DNA of 64,000 nucleotides, taken from positions 19 through 64,018 of the forward strand of contig CALFTM010000049.1 in assembly GCA_937916355.1 (NCBI GenBank). Reading direction: 5' to 3'. A program made the position numbers and the translations under genes. Positions 44,618 through 55,191 of the stretch are shown here, in pieces. This DNA is from an uncultured Bacteroidales bacterium (GTDB lineage Bacteria; Bacteroidota; Bacteroidia; Bacteroidales; Paludibacteraceae). How positions within the stretch are numbered: position 1 is the stretch's first letter; every line of letters starts with the position of its first letter. Below the pieces are notes generated by a model. It was given only the letters and a program-made list of their open reading frames with translations, made no database searches and was not told the origin of the DNA.

Positions 44618-45769
44618 TTAACGAATTTGATTGGCGTAGATTCCCAAAAATATCTTTTCCAATTCTGTAGGATCTTCGTTCAGATTCAGTTTTGAGAGCC
44701 CCGTCCGCATATAGTCCACAAACGCATTTTTCTCACTTTCATCATACAAATCGCAAAAGTTCTCTGCGTTCATCAACAGGTCGTGGGCAATGTAGTTAGT
44801 CTTGAACAACTTATGGTGTCCATTGATTCTTTGGTCTATAAGCGCACCCAACGCCTCAAATTTCTCTTTTTTGTCCAACTTGTCGCAAATCATCAGCTCC
44901 TCTCGACTTATCGGCTTGGTGACAGACAAGTGGATTTTTCCTTTTTTTTGTTGAATACCTGTCAAGATACTATTTAAATCCTCATTTTCTGATTTCTCAT
45001 ACCTCAACTGACGGGAAATGTACAATTCAGCAGTTTTTAAAAAATCGCATGGCTCATACTCATACGAAATGGAAACGGGGGTGATGTGCAATTCGTCCAA
45101 ATTATCGACAAAATCCTTATCGCTACTTAAAGAGAACATCTTCAAAACACCAATTTCTGTTTTGTCGATTCCATCTTTTGTGCGACCATTTCTCTGAGCG
45201 ATCCAGACTGACTCATCTTGACAAGTCACAACATGGCGCATATATGCAGAAACCTCTAAGGAGTTCCGATAAAAATCCCTCACATTTCCCCCTCTGATGA
45301 TACGGAACATTTTGTTCAATTTGCCCACATTGATCACAAGATTTCCCTTCATCAAATTGCTGCCAAACGTTATCTGGCTTGTCTTAATGTTATTTTCATA
45401 TAGCAAGATGTTCAGCAAAGCAGCATCCAACATGATATCACGATGATTGGCTATAAAAATGTGGCGTACCTTATCATCCAAATGGTCAAAACCATCAAAG
45501 GTCAGTCCTTCAGAGGTCTTATCCACGATACTTCTAATGGCCTTCAACATGAAATCAGACTGGAATTGCGCCACACTCTTTACTTGAAGCAACTTCTCTT
45601 TCAACACATCCATATTTTCTCCCGGCAAAATATAATTTGCCACCACAGAAAAATAAGGATCATTCACGACTGCCTGAATCGCAGACGGAACTTCCTCATC
45701 GTAATATGGACGAATATCGTCAAAATTGTAACCCTCTTTCATGTACTTACTATTTTTTTCTGTTATCAA
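44618..45769 (-). CDS. PlsC-family acyltransferase (HX4D)
   Basis: 383 aa with the NHRDIMLDA motif. The start could instead be Met10 (45742). Confidence 0.8.
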   Translation of the reverse strand: MITEKNSKYMKEGYNFDDIRPYYDEEVPSAIQAVVNDPYFSVVANYILPGENMDVLKEKLLQVKSVAQFQSDFMLKAIRSIVDKTSEGLTFDGFDHLDDKVRHIFIANHRDIMLDAALLNILLYENNIKTSQITFGSNLMKGNLVINVGKLNKMFRIIRGGNVRDFYRNSLEVSAYMRHVVTCQDESVWIAQRNGRTKDGIDKTEIGVLKMFSLSSDKDFVDNLDELHITPVSISYEYEPCDFLKTAELYISRQLRYEKSENEDLNSILTGIQQKKGKIHLSVTKPISREELMICDKLDKKEKFEALGALIDQRINGHHKLFKTNYIAHDLLMNAENFCDLYDESEKNAFVDYMRTGLSKLNLNEDPTELEKIFLGIYANQIR

Positions 45770-47051
45770 TGAACTTCACAGGTTTTCTCTTTATCTCCGG
45801 CATGACAATCTTCTGAATCTCATCAATGGGCTTGATGACAACATCTGGCGTAACCCTCAACCTTGCTCTGAAGCGATCTTTCATATCCTTTATCATCTCC
45901 TCGTTTGACTCCTTCACTCCGATATATGTTGTGATATGATCCATTCCTATTTCGTTAGAAGAAACTTCCACATAGTAGTTGGTCACATAGTCTGTATTGT
46001 CTAAAACATCAAAAACTGAGGCCGGATATAGGGTTGTCCCCTTAAACTTAATCATCTGTTTTTTTCTTCCGATGATTGGACTGATTCTCATAGAAGTTCG
46101 TCCGCATGAGCATTTCTCATAGTGGAAGCGGGCAATGTCTCCGGTTTTGAATCGAAGCAACGGCATTCCCTCCACACCTAACGTTGTGATGGTCAACTCT
46201 CCGATTTCCCCTTCCGGTACCACATTGTCGTTATCATCCAACAATTCGCAGATAATCAACTCAGGGTGGTGATGACCACCATTCCCGGCAGAACATTCAC
46301 AAAAAGAGGTTCCCATTTCGGTCGAAGCGTAGGTGGAATACAATTCAATGTCCCACATGTCTTTTATTTTTGAACCCAACAAATTGAGCGAAAAATCTTC
46401 ATTCCTCAAATTCTCTCCGATGCAGACCGCCTTTTTTACACTTGAATTACGATAGTCGATGCCATGTTCCTCCGCATATCTGATGATACGAAGGATAAAA
46501 GAAGGGACACAAATAATCGCATCAGGTTTCAACCTCATAATCGTATCCCATTGAAGTTCCGGAATACCATTTCCCACGCGAATCAGACCAGCCCCCATCA
46601 TCCTAATACCCAAACAATAAGCATAACCAGCCATAAACCGTTTGTCGATGGTAGTCATCAACTGATAAACCTCGCCGCTATGTCCTCCTGCTCCTGTGAA
46701 AGAGATTGCCTCATTATAAGCCAACCGATCCAAATCCTTGTCCGTCACAGCAAAGGTAGTAGGGTCACTAAGCGTTCCAGAAGTGGTGATGTAATCTCTG
46801 ATTTCAGATGGTTCAACACAGAAGAAATCCTTGTTATATTTCTGCAAATCCTCCTTGGTGGTCAAGGGGATAACGGTCAGATCCTCCAAAGTGCGGATTT
46901 TTGTAATGTCGATACGATTTTCCGCAAACATCCTCTGGTAAAAAGGAGAACGTGCAGACAAGTATTCCAAAGCCTCTTTTAGCCTTTGCTCTTGATATTT
47001 CTTTATCACCTCTCTCGGCTGAAATTCTATTTCTGGTTGAAATTTCCTCAT
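45750..47051 (-). CDS. Phenylacetate-CoA ligase-like / coenzyme F390 synthetase-like adenylate-forming enzyme
   Basis: 433 aa from MRKFQPE. The N-terminal layout (YQEQRLKEALEYL...SPFYQRMF) and YSTYASTEMGTS are typical of the PaaK/CapK family. Confidence 0.8.
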   Translation of the reverse strand: MRKFQPEIEFQPREVIKKYQEQRLKEALEYLSARSPFYQRMFAENRIDITKIRTLEDLTVIPLTTKEDLQKYNKDFFCVEPSEIRDYITTSGTLSDPTTFAVTDKDLDRLAYNEAISFTGAGGHSGEVYQLMTTIDKRFMAGYAYCLGIRMMGAGLIRVGNGIPELQWDTIMRLKPDAIICVPSFILRIIRYAEEHGIDYRNSSVKKAVCIGENLRNEDFSLNLLGSKIKDMWDIELYSTYASTEMGTSFCECSAGNGGHHHPELIICELLDDNDNVVPEGEIGELTITTLGVEGMPLLRFKTGDIARFHYEKCSCGRTSMRISPIIGRKKQMIKFKGTTLYPASVFDVLDNTDYVTNYYVEVSSNEIGMDHITTYIGVKESNEEMIKDMKDRFRARLRVTPDVVIKPIDEIQKIVMPEIKRKPVKFIDNRKK

Positions 47052-47074
47052 ATCACACATCTTTTTAATAAATA

Positions 47075-47944
47075 CTAAATAAACTCATTCTCTTCTAACC
47101 ATTGCACTAAAAGCTCCCCCCAATTTCTCGTCTCATCACTTATTGTCCGATTCGTACCAAATCCATGACCGCCCTTTTCAAAGAGATAAAACTTGCAATT
47201 GATGTTCTGCTCCTTCATAGCCTTATGCAAAAGCTCGCTATTTTGGTAATCCACCACATCGTCATCCTTACATGCTAAAATGAAAGAAGGTGGCATGTCA
47301 TCTGGAATGCAAAGTTCCATGGAAAATTTCTGCCTCTCTTTTTCAGAAGCTCTCCACGACAAAAAATTTTTAAATGATTTTTTGTGGGAGACCTCTTCTT
47401 CGGAAGATACTACAGGGTAAATCGGACAGACGAACTCCGGACGAAGCTCGATGCCTTTCGTGTCCAAACCTCTTGAAGACAAATAATCATTGTGCGTCGC
47501 ACCTCCTAATGTGACCAAATGCCCTCCTGCAGAAAAACCGATTGCTCCGATATTTCTCACTCCCCATTCGTCCATCTTTCCTCGTAATATCATCATCGCC
47601 CGTTGAAAATCCTCTATCATCGCCGGATGGTGATTTCCCCACATAGACACCCTATACCGCAAAACGACCGAAATCATCCCCCACTCATTGAAGTAGGAGG
47701 CCACCTCACTGCCTTCGTTCACCAATCCTAAATGGTGATAACTACCTCCCGGACATATTAAAATGCAGGTTTCGCTACGTTTTTTCTCCTCTGAAGGGAA
47801 AAACACCCTCAATTCAGAACGTCTTTCATTAATCGAACGTGAAGAATCCCATAACTTCAACACCTCATAATTACTCTTCCCAAAAAAATGAAATGGGAGT
47901 AAAACCAAACTGAAAAAAATCATTAACTTCTTCCAATCCACCAT
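47075..47944 (-). CDS. Alpha/beta hydrolase (esterase/lipase-like), exported
   Basis: 289 aa with a signal segment, the oxyanion-like CPGGSY and the nucleophile elbow GFSAGGH. Confidence 0.8.
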   Translation of the reverse strand: MVDWKKLMIFFSLVLLPFHFFGKSNYEVLKLWDSSRSINERRSELRVFFPSEEKKRSETCILICPGGSYHHLGLVNEGSEVASYFNEWGMISVVLRYRVSMWGNHHPAMIEDFQRAMMILRGKMDEWGVRNIGAIGFSAGGHLVTLGGATHNDYLSSRGLDTKGIELRPEFVCPIYPVVSSEEEVSHKKSFKNFLSWRASEKERQKFSMELCIPDDMPPSFILACKDDDVVDYQNSELLHKAMKEQNINCKFYLFEKGGHGFGTNRTISDETRNWGELLVQWLEENEFI

Positions 47945-47947
47945 CTA

Positions 47948-49180
47948 CTACTCCTTTTTTTCAATATTCACCACTTTCTTACATATCTCAATCATGACAT
48001 TCGCAGCCTTTTCCAACGATGAAACCGGCAAAAATTCATAACAACTATGAAAATTCACTCCTCCTGCAAAAAGGTTCGGACAAGGTAATCCCTTGAACGA
48101 GAGATTAGCTCCATCAGTCCCTCCTCGTATCGGTTTCACTTTAGGCGTAATACCTAAATCCTCCATAGCCTCTTTTGCCAATTCGACAATGTGCATGACT
48201 GGCCTGATCTTTTCGGACATGTTCCGATACTGGTCATTTATCTCCAACGAGATCTCCGCCCTTGGATATTTTTCGCCCAGCTGTGCTGCAATCTCTTTCA
48301 GTCGCTCTTTTTTCGCATTGAAGCAACCTTCATCATGATCTCGGACAATCAATTTCATAGAGGCTGATTCAACATCTCCTTCCAATTTAAGCAAATGAAT
48401 AAATCCTTCGTACCCATCTGTAGATTCTGGAATTTGTAATGAAGGGAGCAATGAAACGAACTCCGATGCGATTCGGACTGCATTGACCATCTTCCCCTTG
48501 GCAGTACCGGGATGGACATTTATTCCTTTTATGACGACCAAGGCAGAAGCTGCGTTAAAATTCTCAAACTCCAATTCTCCCACTTCACCACCATCTATGG
48601 TGTATGCCCAATCTGCCCCAAATTTCTCCACATCCAACAAATCAGCTCCTCGTCCAATCTCCTCATCTGGCGTGAAAGCAATTTTTATCGTTCCATGTTC
48701 CACTTGCGGATTCTGCAAGAAATATTCCGCCATGTGCATGATTTCTGCGATACCCGCTTTGTCATCTGCCCCAAGCAGAGTATTACCATCGGTAACGATA
48801 ATATGCTCGTTAAGGTAATTGTTCAGTTCTAAACTTCTGGAGGGGGACAACACCTTCCCACAAGAGCCTAATGGTATGTCGTCACCAGTGTACATGACAA
48901 CACGAGGCTTCACTTCCGCACCCGACACCTCTGGACTGGTGTCTAAATGCGCGATGAATCCGACGACCGGGCAAGACTTTTTAGTCGTTGCAGGTATTGT
49001 TGCGGTAAGGTATCCGTTGACATCAATATTGACATTCGAAGCTCCCATCTCCTCCAACTCACTTTTCAAGGCATTCGCCAAGAAAAGCTGTCCGACTGTT
49101 GTGGGCGACTTTGTTTGTGTCTCGTCTGATGTCGTTTCATACCCAACATACCTCAAAAATTTCAACGTTATTGCTTCCAT
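47948..49180 (-). CDS. pepT: Peptidase T (tripeptide aminopeptidase, M20B)
   Basis: 410 aa with FLRYVGYETTSDE, IAHLDTSPE and GADDKAG. Confidence 0.93.
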   Translation of the reverse strand: MEAITLKFLRYVGYETTSDETQTKSPTTVGQLFLANALKSELEEMGASNVNIDVNGYLTATIPATTKKSCPVVGFIAHLDTSPEVSGAEVKPRVVMYTGDDIPLGSCGKVLSPSRSLELNNYLNEHIIVTDGNTLLGADDKAGIAEIMHMAEYFLQNPQVEHGTIKIAFTPDEEIGRGADLLDVEKFGADWAYTIDGGEVGELEFENFNAASALVVIKGINVHPGTAKGKMVNAVRIASEFVSLLPSLQIPESTDGYEGFIHLLKLEGDVESASMKLIVRDHDEGCFNAKKERLKEIAAQLGEKYPRAEISLEINDQYRNMSEKIRPVMHIVELAKEAMEDLGITPKVKPIRGGTDGANLSFKGLPCPNLFAGGVNFHSCYEFLPVSSLEKAANVMIEICKKVVNIEKKE

Positions 49181-49191
49181 ACCCCAAATAT

Positions 49192-49220
49192 AAAAAGAAG
49201 GTGGCTATAAAACCACCTTT
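49192..49220 (-). terminator. Terminator after topA
   Basis: AAGGTGG/CCACCTT stem followed on the minus strand by a T-run. Confidence 0.65.
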
Positions 49221-49243
49221 CTATCACTTTTTTTTAAAATTTC

Positions 49244-51679
49244 TTAATTTTCTACCTTTTTGGACTTGGTGGATTTTGTTTTAGTTGCAGCTTTTTTAGT
49301 TGTCTTTTTTGCAACAGTTTTTTTCTCCTCCTTTGTCTCCTTGGTTTTAGCAGACTTAACTCCTCTTTTGGTCTTTGGTGCTTTAATACCTTGTTTCTCA
49401 ATGATTTCAAGACACTCTTCCGCAGAAAGGGCAGATGGGTCTATGTCTTTAGACAATTTGTAATTTGCACCATTGTATGCGAGGTAAGGGCCAAAACGTC
49501 CTTTACAAACCTCTATGCCCTCCGCTTCAAAAATTTTAATAAATTTATTTGCCTCACGTTCGCGCTTCTCTTCAATCAATTCAATTGCCCGTTCGACAGT
49601 TATCTGCATCGGGTCATCCTCTTTCTTCAAAGAATAGAATTTTGAATTATGTCTGACGTACGCACCAAATCGTCCGATTCCGATGGTGAGTGTTTTCCCT
49701 TCGTACTCCCCAATATCCCTCGGCAACTTGAAAAGATCCATCACCTCTTCAAATGTGATGGTCTCCAAAGACTGCCCCTTTCGGAGCGAAGCAAATAGCG
49801 GTTTTTCTTCGTCCTCCGCACTACCGATTTGTGCTACAGGGCCAAAGCGACCAATCTTCACAAAAACGGGCTTGCCGCTCACAGGGTCGACACCCACCTG
49901 ACGTTCACCCACTTTGCGTTCTGAATTTTGAATTGCATTTTCAACAGTAGGATGGAACGTCTTGTAAAAATCGTCCAAAGAGGAAGTCCACACCTCTTTA
50001 CCTTCTGCGATTTCATCGAAGGTTTTCTCCACATTTGCTGTGAAATTATAATCCAAAATCGCCGGGAAATATTCTTGTAGGAAGTCATTCACAACAATAC
50101 CTATATCAGTTGGGAAAAGTTTAGAACGCTCCTGACCATAGACTTCCACCTTCTCTTCTTCCGTGATAGCTGAGTTCGCTAATGAGATAACATTGTACGA
50201 ACGTTCAACACCCTCACGATCTTCTCGCACAACATACCCTCTATTCTGAATTGTGGAGATTGTCGTTGCATAAGTAGACGGACGACCGATACCAAGCTCC
50301 TCCAACTTACGCACCAAACTTGCCTCTGTATATCTCGCTGGGCGTTGCGAATAGCGTTGACACGCCTCAACCAAAGCCACATTATCCAAGGCATCACCCA
50401 TCCTCAAAGGAGGCAACAAATTATCCTCTTCATGTGTATCCTCATCATCAGTAGACTCCATGTAAAGACGCAAGAAACCGTCAAACAACAAGACCTCCCC
50501 CTCGGCGACAAACTTTTTATCTGGCACACCCTCCAAACCGATGGTTATCGAAGTCTTTTCCAATTCTGCATCAGCCATTTGTGACGCAACAGTACGTTTC
50601 CAAATCAAATCGTAAAGTCTCTTCTCCTGAGTAGTTCCCTCTATCTCATGCTGATTGATATAAGTTGGACGAATTGCCTCATGCGCCTCCTGCGCCCCTT
50701 TTGATTTCGTTTGGTAATGACGAGTATGGTGGTACTTTTCACCCATTATTGTGCAAATCTCCTCCCTTGCGGCATTCAGTGCAAGATTGGAAAGATTGAC
50801 GGAATCTGTACGCATATAGGTGATTTTTCCTGACTCGTACAATTTTTGTGCGATGGACATTGTCTGGGAGACAGAGTAGCCCAACTTACGAGCCACCTCT
50901 TGTTGGAGGGTTGAAGTGGTAAAAGGAGCAGCAGGGTATCGCTTTAAAGGCTTTTTCTCCACATTTTCTACGACAAACTTAGCATCCTTGCATTTCTCCA
51001 AAAATGCGATGGCCTCTTCTTTTGTCTTCAACCGCTCTGAAAGATCTGCCTTCAACTCAACTGGCTTCCCCTTTTCATCAGTCACCACGAAAGTGGCTCT
51101 GACACGATAAGAGGAGGTTGCCTCAAAATGTTGTATCTCTCGCTCTCTATCCACTATCAACCGAACGGTAACCGACTGTACACGACCGGCGGACAAAGAC
51201 GGTTTTACCTTTTTCCACAATATGGGAGACAATTCAAAACCTACGATACGGTCCAGCACACGACGAGCCTGCTGTGCGCACACAAGGTTTTCATCAATAT
51301 CTCTTGGATTTTCTATGGCATACAAAATCGCATTCTTAGTGATTTCATGGAACACAATACGACGGGTACGCTCTTTTTCCAATCCTAAAACTTCAGCCAA
51401 ATGCCACGCAATAGCCTCCCCTTCGCGGTCCTCATCGGATGCGAGCCAAACAGTCTCTGCGGCTTTAGACAACTTTTTCAATTCAGCCACCAAAGATTTT
51501 TTGTCCTCCGGCACTTCATAATCGGGAGCAAAGTTGTTTTCAATATCAACACCAGTACCCTTCTTTTTCAAATCACGAATGTGCCCAAAGCTTGACATCA
51601 CTTTGTAGTCACTTCCCAAAAACTTTTCAATGGTCTTCGCCTTAGCAGGAGACTCTACTATAACCAAATTTTTTTGCAT
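49244..51679 (-). CDS. topA: DNA topoisomerase I
   Basis: 811 aa from MQKNLVIVESPAKAKTIEKFLG. TOPRIM domain, the active-site region YMRTDS and a Lys-rich C-terminal tail. The track's upstream extension was rejected. Confidence 0.96.
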   Translation of the reverse strand: MQKNLVIVESPAKAKTIEKFLGSDYKVMSSFGHIRDLKKKGTGVDIENNFAPDYEVPEDKKSLVAELKKLSKAAETVWLASDEDREGEAIAWHLAEVLGLEKERTRRIVFHEITKNAILYAIENPRDIDENLVCAQQARRVLDRIVGFELSPILWKKVKPSLSAGRVQSVTVRLIVDREREIQHFEATSSYRVRATFVVTDEKGKPVELKADLSERLKTKEEAIAFLEKCKDAKFVVENVEKKPLKRYPAAPFTTSTLQQEVARKLGYSVSQTMSIAQKLYESGKITYMRTDSVNLSNLALNAAREEICTIMGEKYHHTRHYQTKSKGAQEAHEAIRPTYINQHEIEGTTQEKRLYDLIWKRTVASQMADAELEKTSITIGLEGVPDKKFVAEGEVLLFDGFLRLYMESTDDEDTHEEDNLLPPLRMGDALDNVALVEACQRYSQRPARYTEASLVRKLEELGIGRPSTYATTISTIQNRGYVVREDREGVERSYNVISLANSAITEEEKVEVYGQERSKLFPTDIGIVVNDFLQEYFPAILDYNFTANVEKTFDEIAEGKEVWTSSLDDFYKTFHPTVENAIQNSERKVGERQVGVDPVSGKPVFVKIGRFGPVAQIGSAEDEEKPLFASLRKGQSLETITFEEVMDLFKLPRDIGEYEGKTLTIGIGRFGAYVRHNSKFYSLKKEDDPMQITVERAIELIEEKREREANKFIKIFEAEGIEVCKGRFGPYLAYNGANYKLSKDIDPSALSAEECLEIIEKQGIKAPKTKRGVKSAKTKETKEEKKTVAKKTTKKAATKTKSTKSKKVEN

Positions 51680-51774
51680 AATCGCACCTATATCGAAAAC
51701 TTCCGCAAAGTAACAAAAAAATTGGCTACAAATAAAACTCACGTCAATTTTTGTCCACCGAAACACGCATTTTT

Positions 51775-53778
51775 TTATTCTCTGAACCTTTTTATGACAT
51801 TATAAGCTACATATATCCCCAATTCTCCGGCCTTACTCAAATCTTCGATTCCTTTTGAGTTTTCGCCTATTTTCACATAACAGAGACCTCTGTTGAAGTA
51901 GGCTTCAGCGAAATCCGACTCTTTTTCTATCGATTTAGTGTAATTGGCAATGGCAGTTCGATAATCTTGCAGCAAATAGAGGGTATTCCCTCTGTTGAAC
52001 CAAGCAAAAGCGAAGTCGGGTGATAGTTCATTGGCCTTTTCATAATCTTTCACCACCAGATCCAACTGCACTTTATTGTTAAAATTAAAGTCTGATTTTT
52101 CAGTGAGCTCCTTTATCTCCAACTCATCTTTCAACGAAAAATCATATTCAATTTTCCCCATTCTCGTGTTGGCTCTCATAAAATAATAATAAGCCTTTTC
52201 TTCTTGGGAAGAACTTGCTATTGCCCGATCATAATCCTCGATGGAACCATCAAAATCTGAGATAAGAGCATAGAGCATCGCCCGCTCAAAGAACAACTCC
52301 GCAGATGGTTGTCCCTCTATTTTTTTTGAAATCGTCTCAATCTCTTTGAATATATTTTCCAAATTAAGATTCTCTGTGCGAACCGCATTAGAGAGGAAGA
52401 GTTCTTTTGAGAATTTGCCCGAACGATTTAGTTTCTCCACTGTGGAGTTAAAATAAAACGGCCGTTGGAAATCTGCCCGTTTCACCGGATAATAGGTGAA
52501 AGTAAAGCTTTTTTCAGGTTCTATGTTGAAATTCACATTTTGCACCTTTCCTCTCGACTCATTTTTATAAGTCAATCTACGATTTTGTTCTTCTTTATCG
52601 GCGACAACCAATTTTTTGTAGTTCTTCAAATTTTTGTTTGACTTTTTACGGGTAGCCCCCTCGGCACTTTTTTCAGGAGATTTTTTTTCTTCCTTATTTC
52701 TCAAATAGAGTGCCGTATTGAAATCTATCTCTGCCCCTTTTTTATCCATTTTTTTCATTTTCGCCTCACCTCTTCCGTAGTATGCCGGGTAAAAATCAGG
52801 ATAAGAGCGGATGATTTCATCATAATCTTTAATCGCCTTATCAAGCTCTCCGATCTCATTTTGTATGATAGCACGGTTATAAAGTGCAAAATAGTTATCC
52901 GACTCATATTCAATCACTCGGTCAAAATCCTCTATTGCCCTGTTTTTGTCACCCACCTCATTTCTTAAGACACCTCGGTTATAGTATGCCATAACATTGT
53001 AAGGGTCTAATTTAATCACATGATCGTAATCATCCATCGCTCCTCTCAAATCCAACAACTGATAGCGCACCAAACTTCTATTGAGGTAGTAATTCGTACG
53101 ATACGGTTCTATGTGGATGGCTTTATCATAATCTGCCAGCGCATCTTTATAGAGCCCCTGCCTATAGCGGAGGAGTCCTCTTGCCGCCAACCCATCTGCG
53201 TTAAAAGCATCTAATTTCAGAACCTGTTCAAAATCCGACAAGGCATTCAGGGTGTCCTCCATCTGAAAATAAGCATACCCCCTGTTCAAAAAAGCCTCTT
53301 TGAAACGAGGGAAAGATTTTATAGCCGCCGAAAAATCTTCAACCGCCCGTTGATAATCTTCATTTTGCATGGAGGCATACCCCTTACACAAAAGCAGGTT
53401 TTTGTTATTTGGAGAAAACTCCAACCCTTTTTCAAAGTCTGAACGAGCCTCTTCTAACTTCTTCAGATAGACACGAGCCACACCTCTGCAACGATATGCC
53501 TCACTCAAAAAGGGATTTCTCTCTAAAGCTAACGAACAATCCTCTTCCGCACCTGAATAGTCTTCCAAACTGATTTTTGCGACTCCCCTGTAAAAATAAG
53601 GTTCTGCAAGGTATGGTTTAACCTTAATAACCTGATTGAAATATTGGATAGACAAAACATAGTCTTCAAAATAGAGCGCATTTCGTCCGATGGACAAAAC
53701 CCTCTCTGTGTTTATCTGCGCAAAGCAATTTAAACAAGACAAGAAAATAAAAAAAATAAAAACAAGCGGTTTCATCAT
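51775..53778 (-). CDS. Exported tetratricopeptide-repeat (TPR) protein
   Basis: 667 aa with a signal peptide and many 34-aa TPR units (AxxDYxxAIxLxPxxAxAYxNRG). Confidence 0.85.
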   Translation of the reverse strand: MMKPLVFIFFIFLSCLNCFAQINTERVLSIGRNALYFEDYVLSIQYFNQVIKVKPYLAEPYFYRGVAKISLEDYSGAEEDCSLALERNPFLSEAYRCRGVARVYLKKLEEARSDFEKGLEFSPNNKNLLLCKGYASMQNEDYQRAVEDFSAAIKSFPRFKEAFLNRGYAYFQMEDTLNALSDFEQVLKLDAFNADGLAARGLLRYRQGLYKDALADYDKAIHIEPYRTNYYLNRSLVRYQLLDLRGAMDDYDHVIKLDPYNVMAYYNRGVLRNEVGDKNRAIEDFDRVIEYESDNYFALYNRAIIQNEIGELDKAIKDYDEIIRSYPDFYPAYYGRGEAKMKKMDKKGAEIDFNTALYLRNKEEKKSPEKSAEGATRKKSNKNLKNYKKLVVADKEEQNRRLTYKNESRGKVQNVNFNIEPEKSFTFTYYPVKRADFQRPFYFNSTVEKLNRSGKFSKELFLSNAVRTENLNLENIFKEIETISKKIEGQPSAELFFERAMLYALISDFDGSIEDYDRAIASSSQEEKAYYYFMRANTRMGKIEYDFSLKDELEIKELTEKSDFNFNNKVQLDLVVKDYEKANELSPDFAFAWFNRGNTLYLLQDYRTAIANYTKSIEKESDFAEAYFNRGLCYVKIGENSKGIEDLSKAGELGIYVAYNVIKRFRE

Positions 53779-53802
53779 GAGTTTTTAAGTAAGATTTCAA
53801 GA

Positions 53803-55164
53803 TTATCCGAACAAATACTTGAACGCATCCTCCACTTTTTTGGCGAAGCATACTTCTATAGAACGATTTTTTATCGAAATATTTTTGTATTCAGGTAAAA
53901 TTATTCTCTTGAATCCTAATTTTTCCGCCTCTGAGATTCTCTGTTCAATTCGATTCACAGGTCTGATTTCACCTGAAAGACCTACTTCGCCCGTCAGGCA
54001 AGTCTGTCCGTCGATTGCAATATCCATGTTAGATGATAGAATTGAAGAGATGATTGCCAAATCAATTGCAGGGTCATTGATTCTCAATCCTCCAGCGATA
54101 TTCAGGTAAACATCCTTCTGCGCCAACTTAAAACCGACTCTTTTCTCCAGAACCGCCAAAAGCATATTCAACCGACGGGTATCAAACCCTGTCGCAGAAC
54201 GCTGCGGAGTTCCGTATGCTGCCGTACTCACAAGTGATTGCACCTCTATCAAAAAGGGACGAACTCCTTCTATTGCTGCACCAATCGCCGTTCCGCTCAA
54301 TCCCTCATGGTTATTACTCAACAACAATTCAGAAGGGTTGCTCACCTCTCGCAAGCCAGACTGCTGCATTTCGTAAATCCCCAATTCTGCCGTACTTCCA
54401 AAACGATTTTTTATGGAACGTAAAATTCGGTACATATAGTGCTGATCCCCTTCAAATTGCAAAACAGTATCGACAATATGCTCCAAGACTTTCGGACCTG
54501 CAATGCTCCCCTCCTTGTTGATGTGTCCTACCAAAATCACCGGCACACCACTCTCCTTGGCATATTTCAAAATAGCTGCAGAACACTCTCGCACCTGCGA
54601 AACACTTCCCGGAGAAGACTCCACAGACTCCGTCGAAATGGTCTGGATGGAGTCGATTATCACTAAATCAGGTTTTACATTCTGAATATGTACGAAAATT
54701 TGTTCTAATGAGGTTTCGCTTACGATGTAACACTCCTGATTATTCTGCACGTTGAGTCTGTCAGCCCTCAATTTGAGTTGCTTTGTACTCTCCTCTCCTG
54801 AAACATACAATGTTCGTTTTCCGCGTAGCTGCAAAACAATCTGCAAAATCAGCGTAGACTTCCCAATGCCCGGCTCTCCTCCTATCAACGTCAACGAGCC
54901 GGGGACAATACCACCTCCCAGCACACGATTGAACTCATTGTTTCCTGTGTCATTCCTCACCTCCTCTGTGGAAACAATCTCATGAATCAGTTGGGGTTTA
55001 TTTTTCTCGTTGGGTAATAAACCCGATGAAACCGTATTTTTTTCTTTTCGGACTACCTCCTCAACATAAGTGTTCCACTCTCCGCAACTAGGACATTTAC
55101 CAACCCATTTGGGAGCTTCTGCGCCACAATTTTGGCATACATAGACCGATTTCGTTTTTGCCAT
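53803..55164 (-). CDS. radA: DNA repair protein RadA/Sms
   Basis: Zn ribbon CQNCGAEAPKWVGKCPSCGEWNT, Walker A GEPGIGKST, the KNRFG motif and a Lon-like C-terminus. Confidence 0.96.
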   Translation of the reverse strand: MAKTKSVYVCQNCGAEAPKWVGKCPSCGEWNTYVEEVVRKEKNTVSSGLLPNEKNKPQLIHEIVSTEEVRNDTGNNEFNRVLGGGIVPGSLTLIGGEPGIGKSTLILQIVLQLRGKRTLYVSGEESTKQLKLRADRLNVQNNQECYIVSETSLEQIFVHIQNVKPDLVIIDSIQTISTESVESSPGSVSQVRECSAAILKYAKESGVPVILVGHINKEGSIAGPKVLEHIVDTVLQFEGDQHYMYRILRSIKNRFGSTAELGIYEMQQSGLREVSNPSELLLSNNHEGLSGTAIGAAIEGVRPFLIEVQSLVSTAAYGTPQRSATGFDTRRLNMLLAVLEKRVGFKLAQKDVYLNIAGGLRINDPAIDLAIISSILSSNMDIAIDGQTCLTGEVGLSGEIRPVNRIEQRISEAEKLGFKRIILPEYKNISIKNRSIEVCFAKKVEDAFKYLFG

Positions 55165-55191
55165 CTGCCCGCTGAATTTTCAGTTTTTAAA

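Noticed and set aside
42801-44670. Multiple plus-strand ORFs opposite the ABC-F gene
   Set aside because: They are shadow frames of a gene with two unambiguous ABC cassettes.
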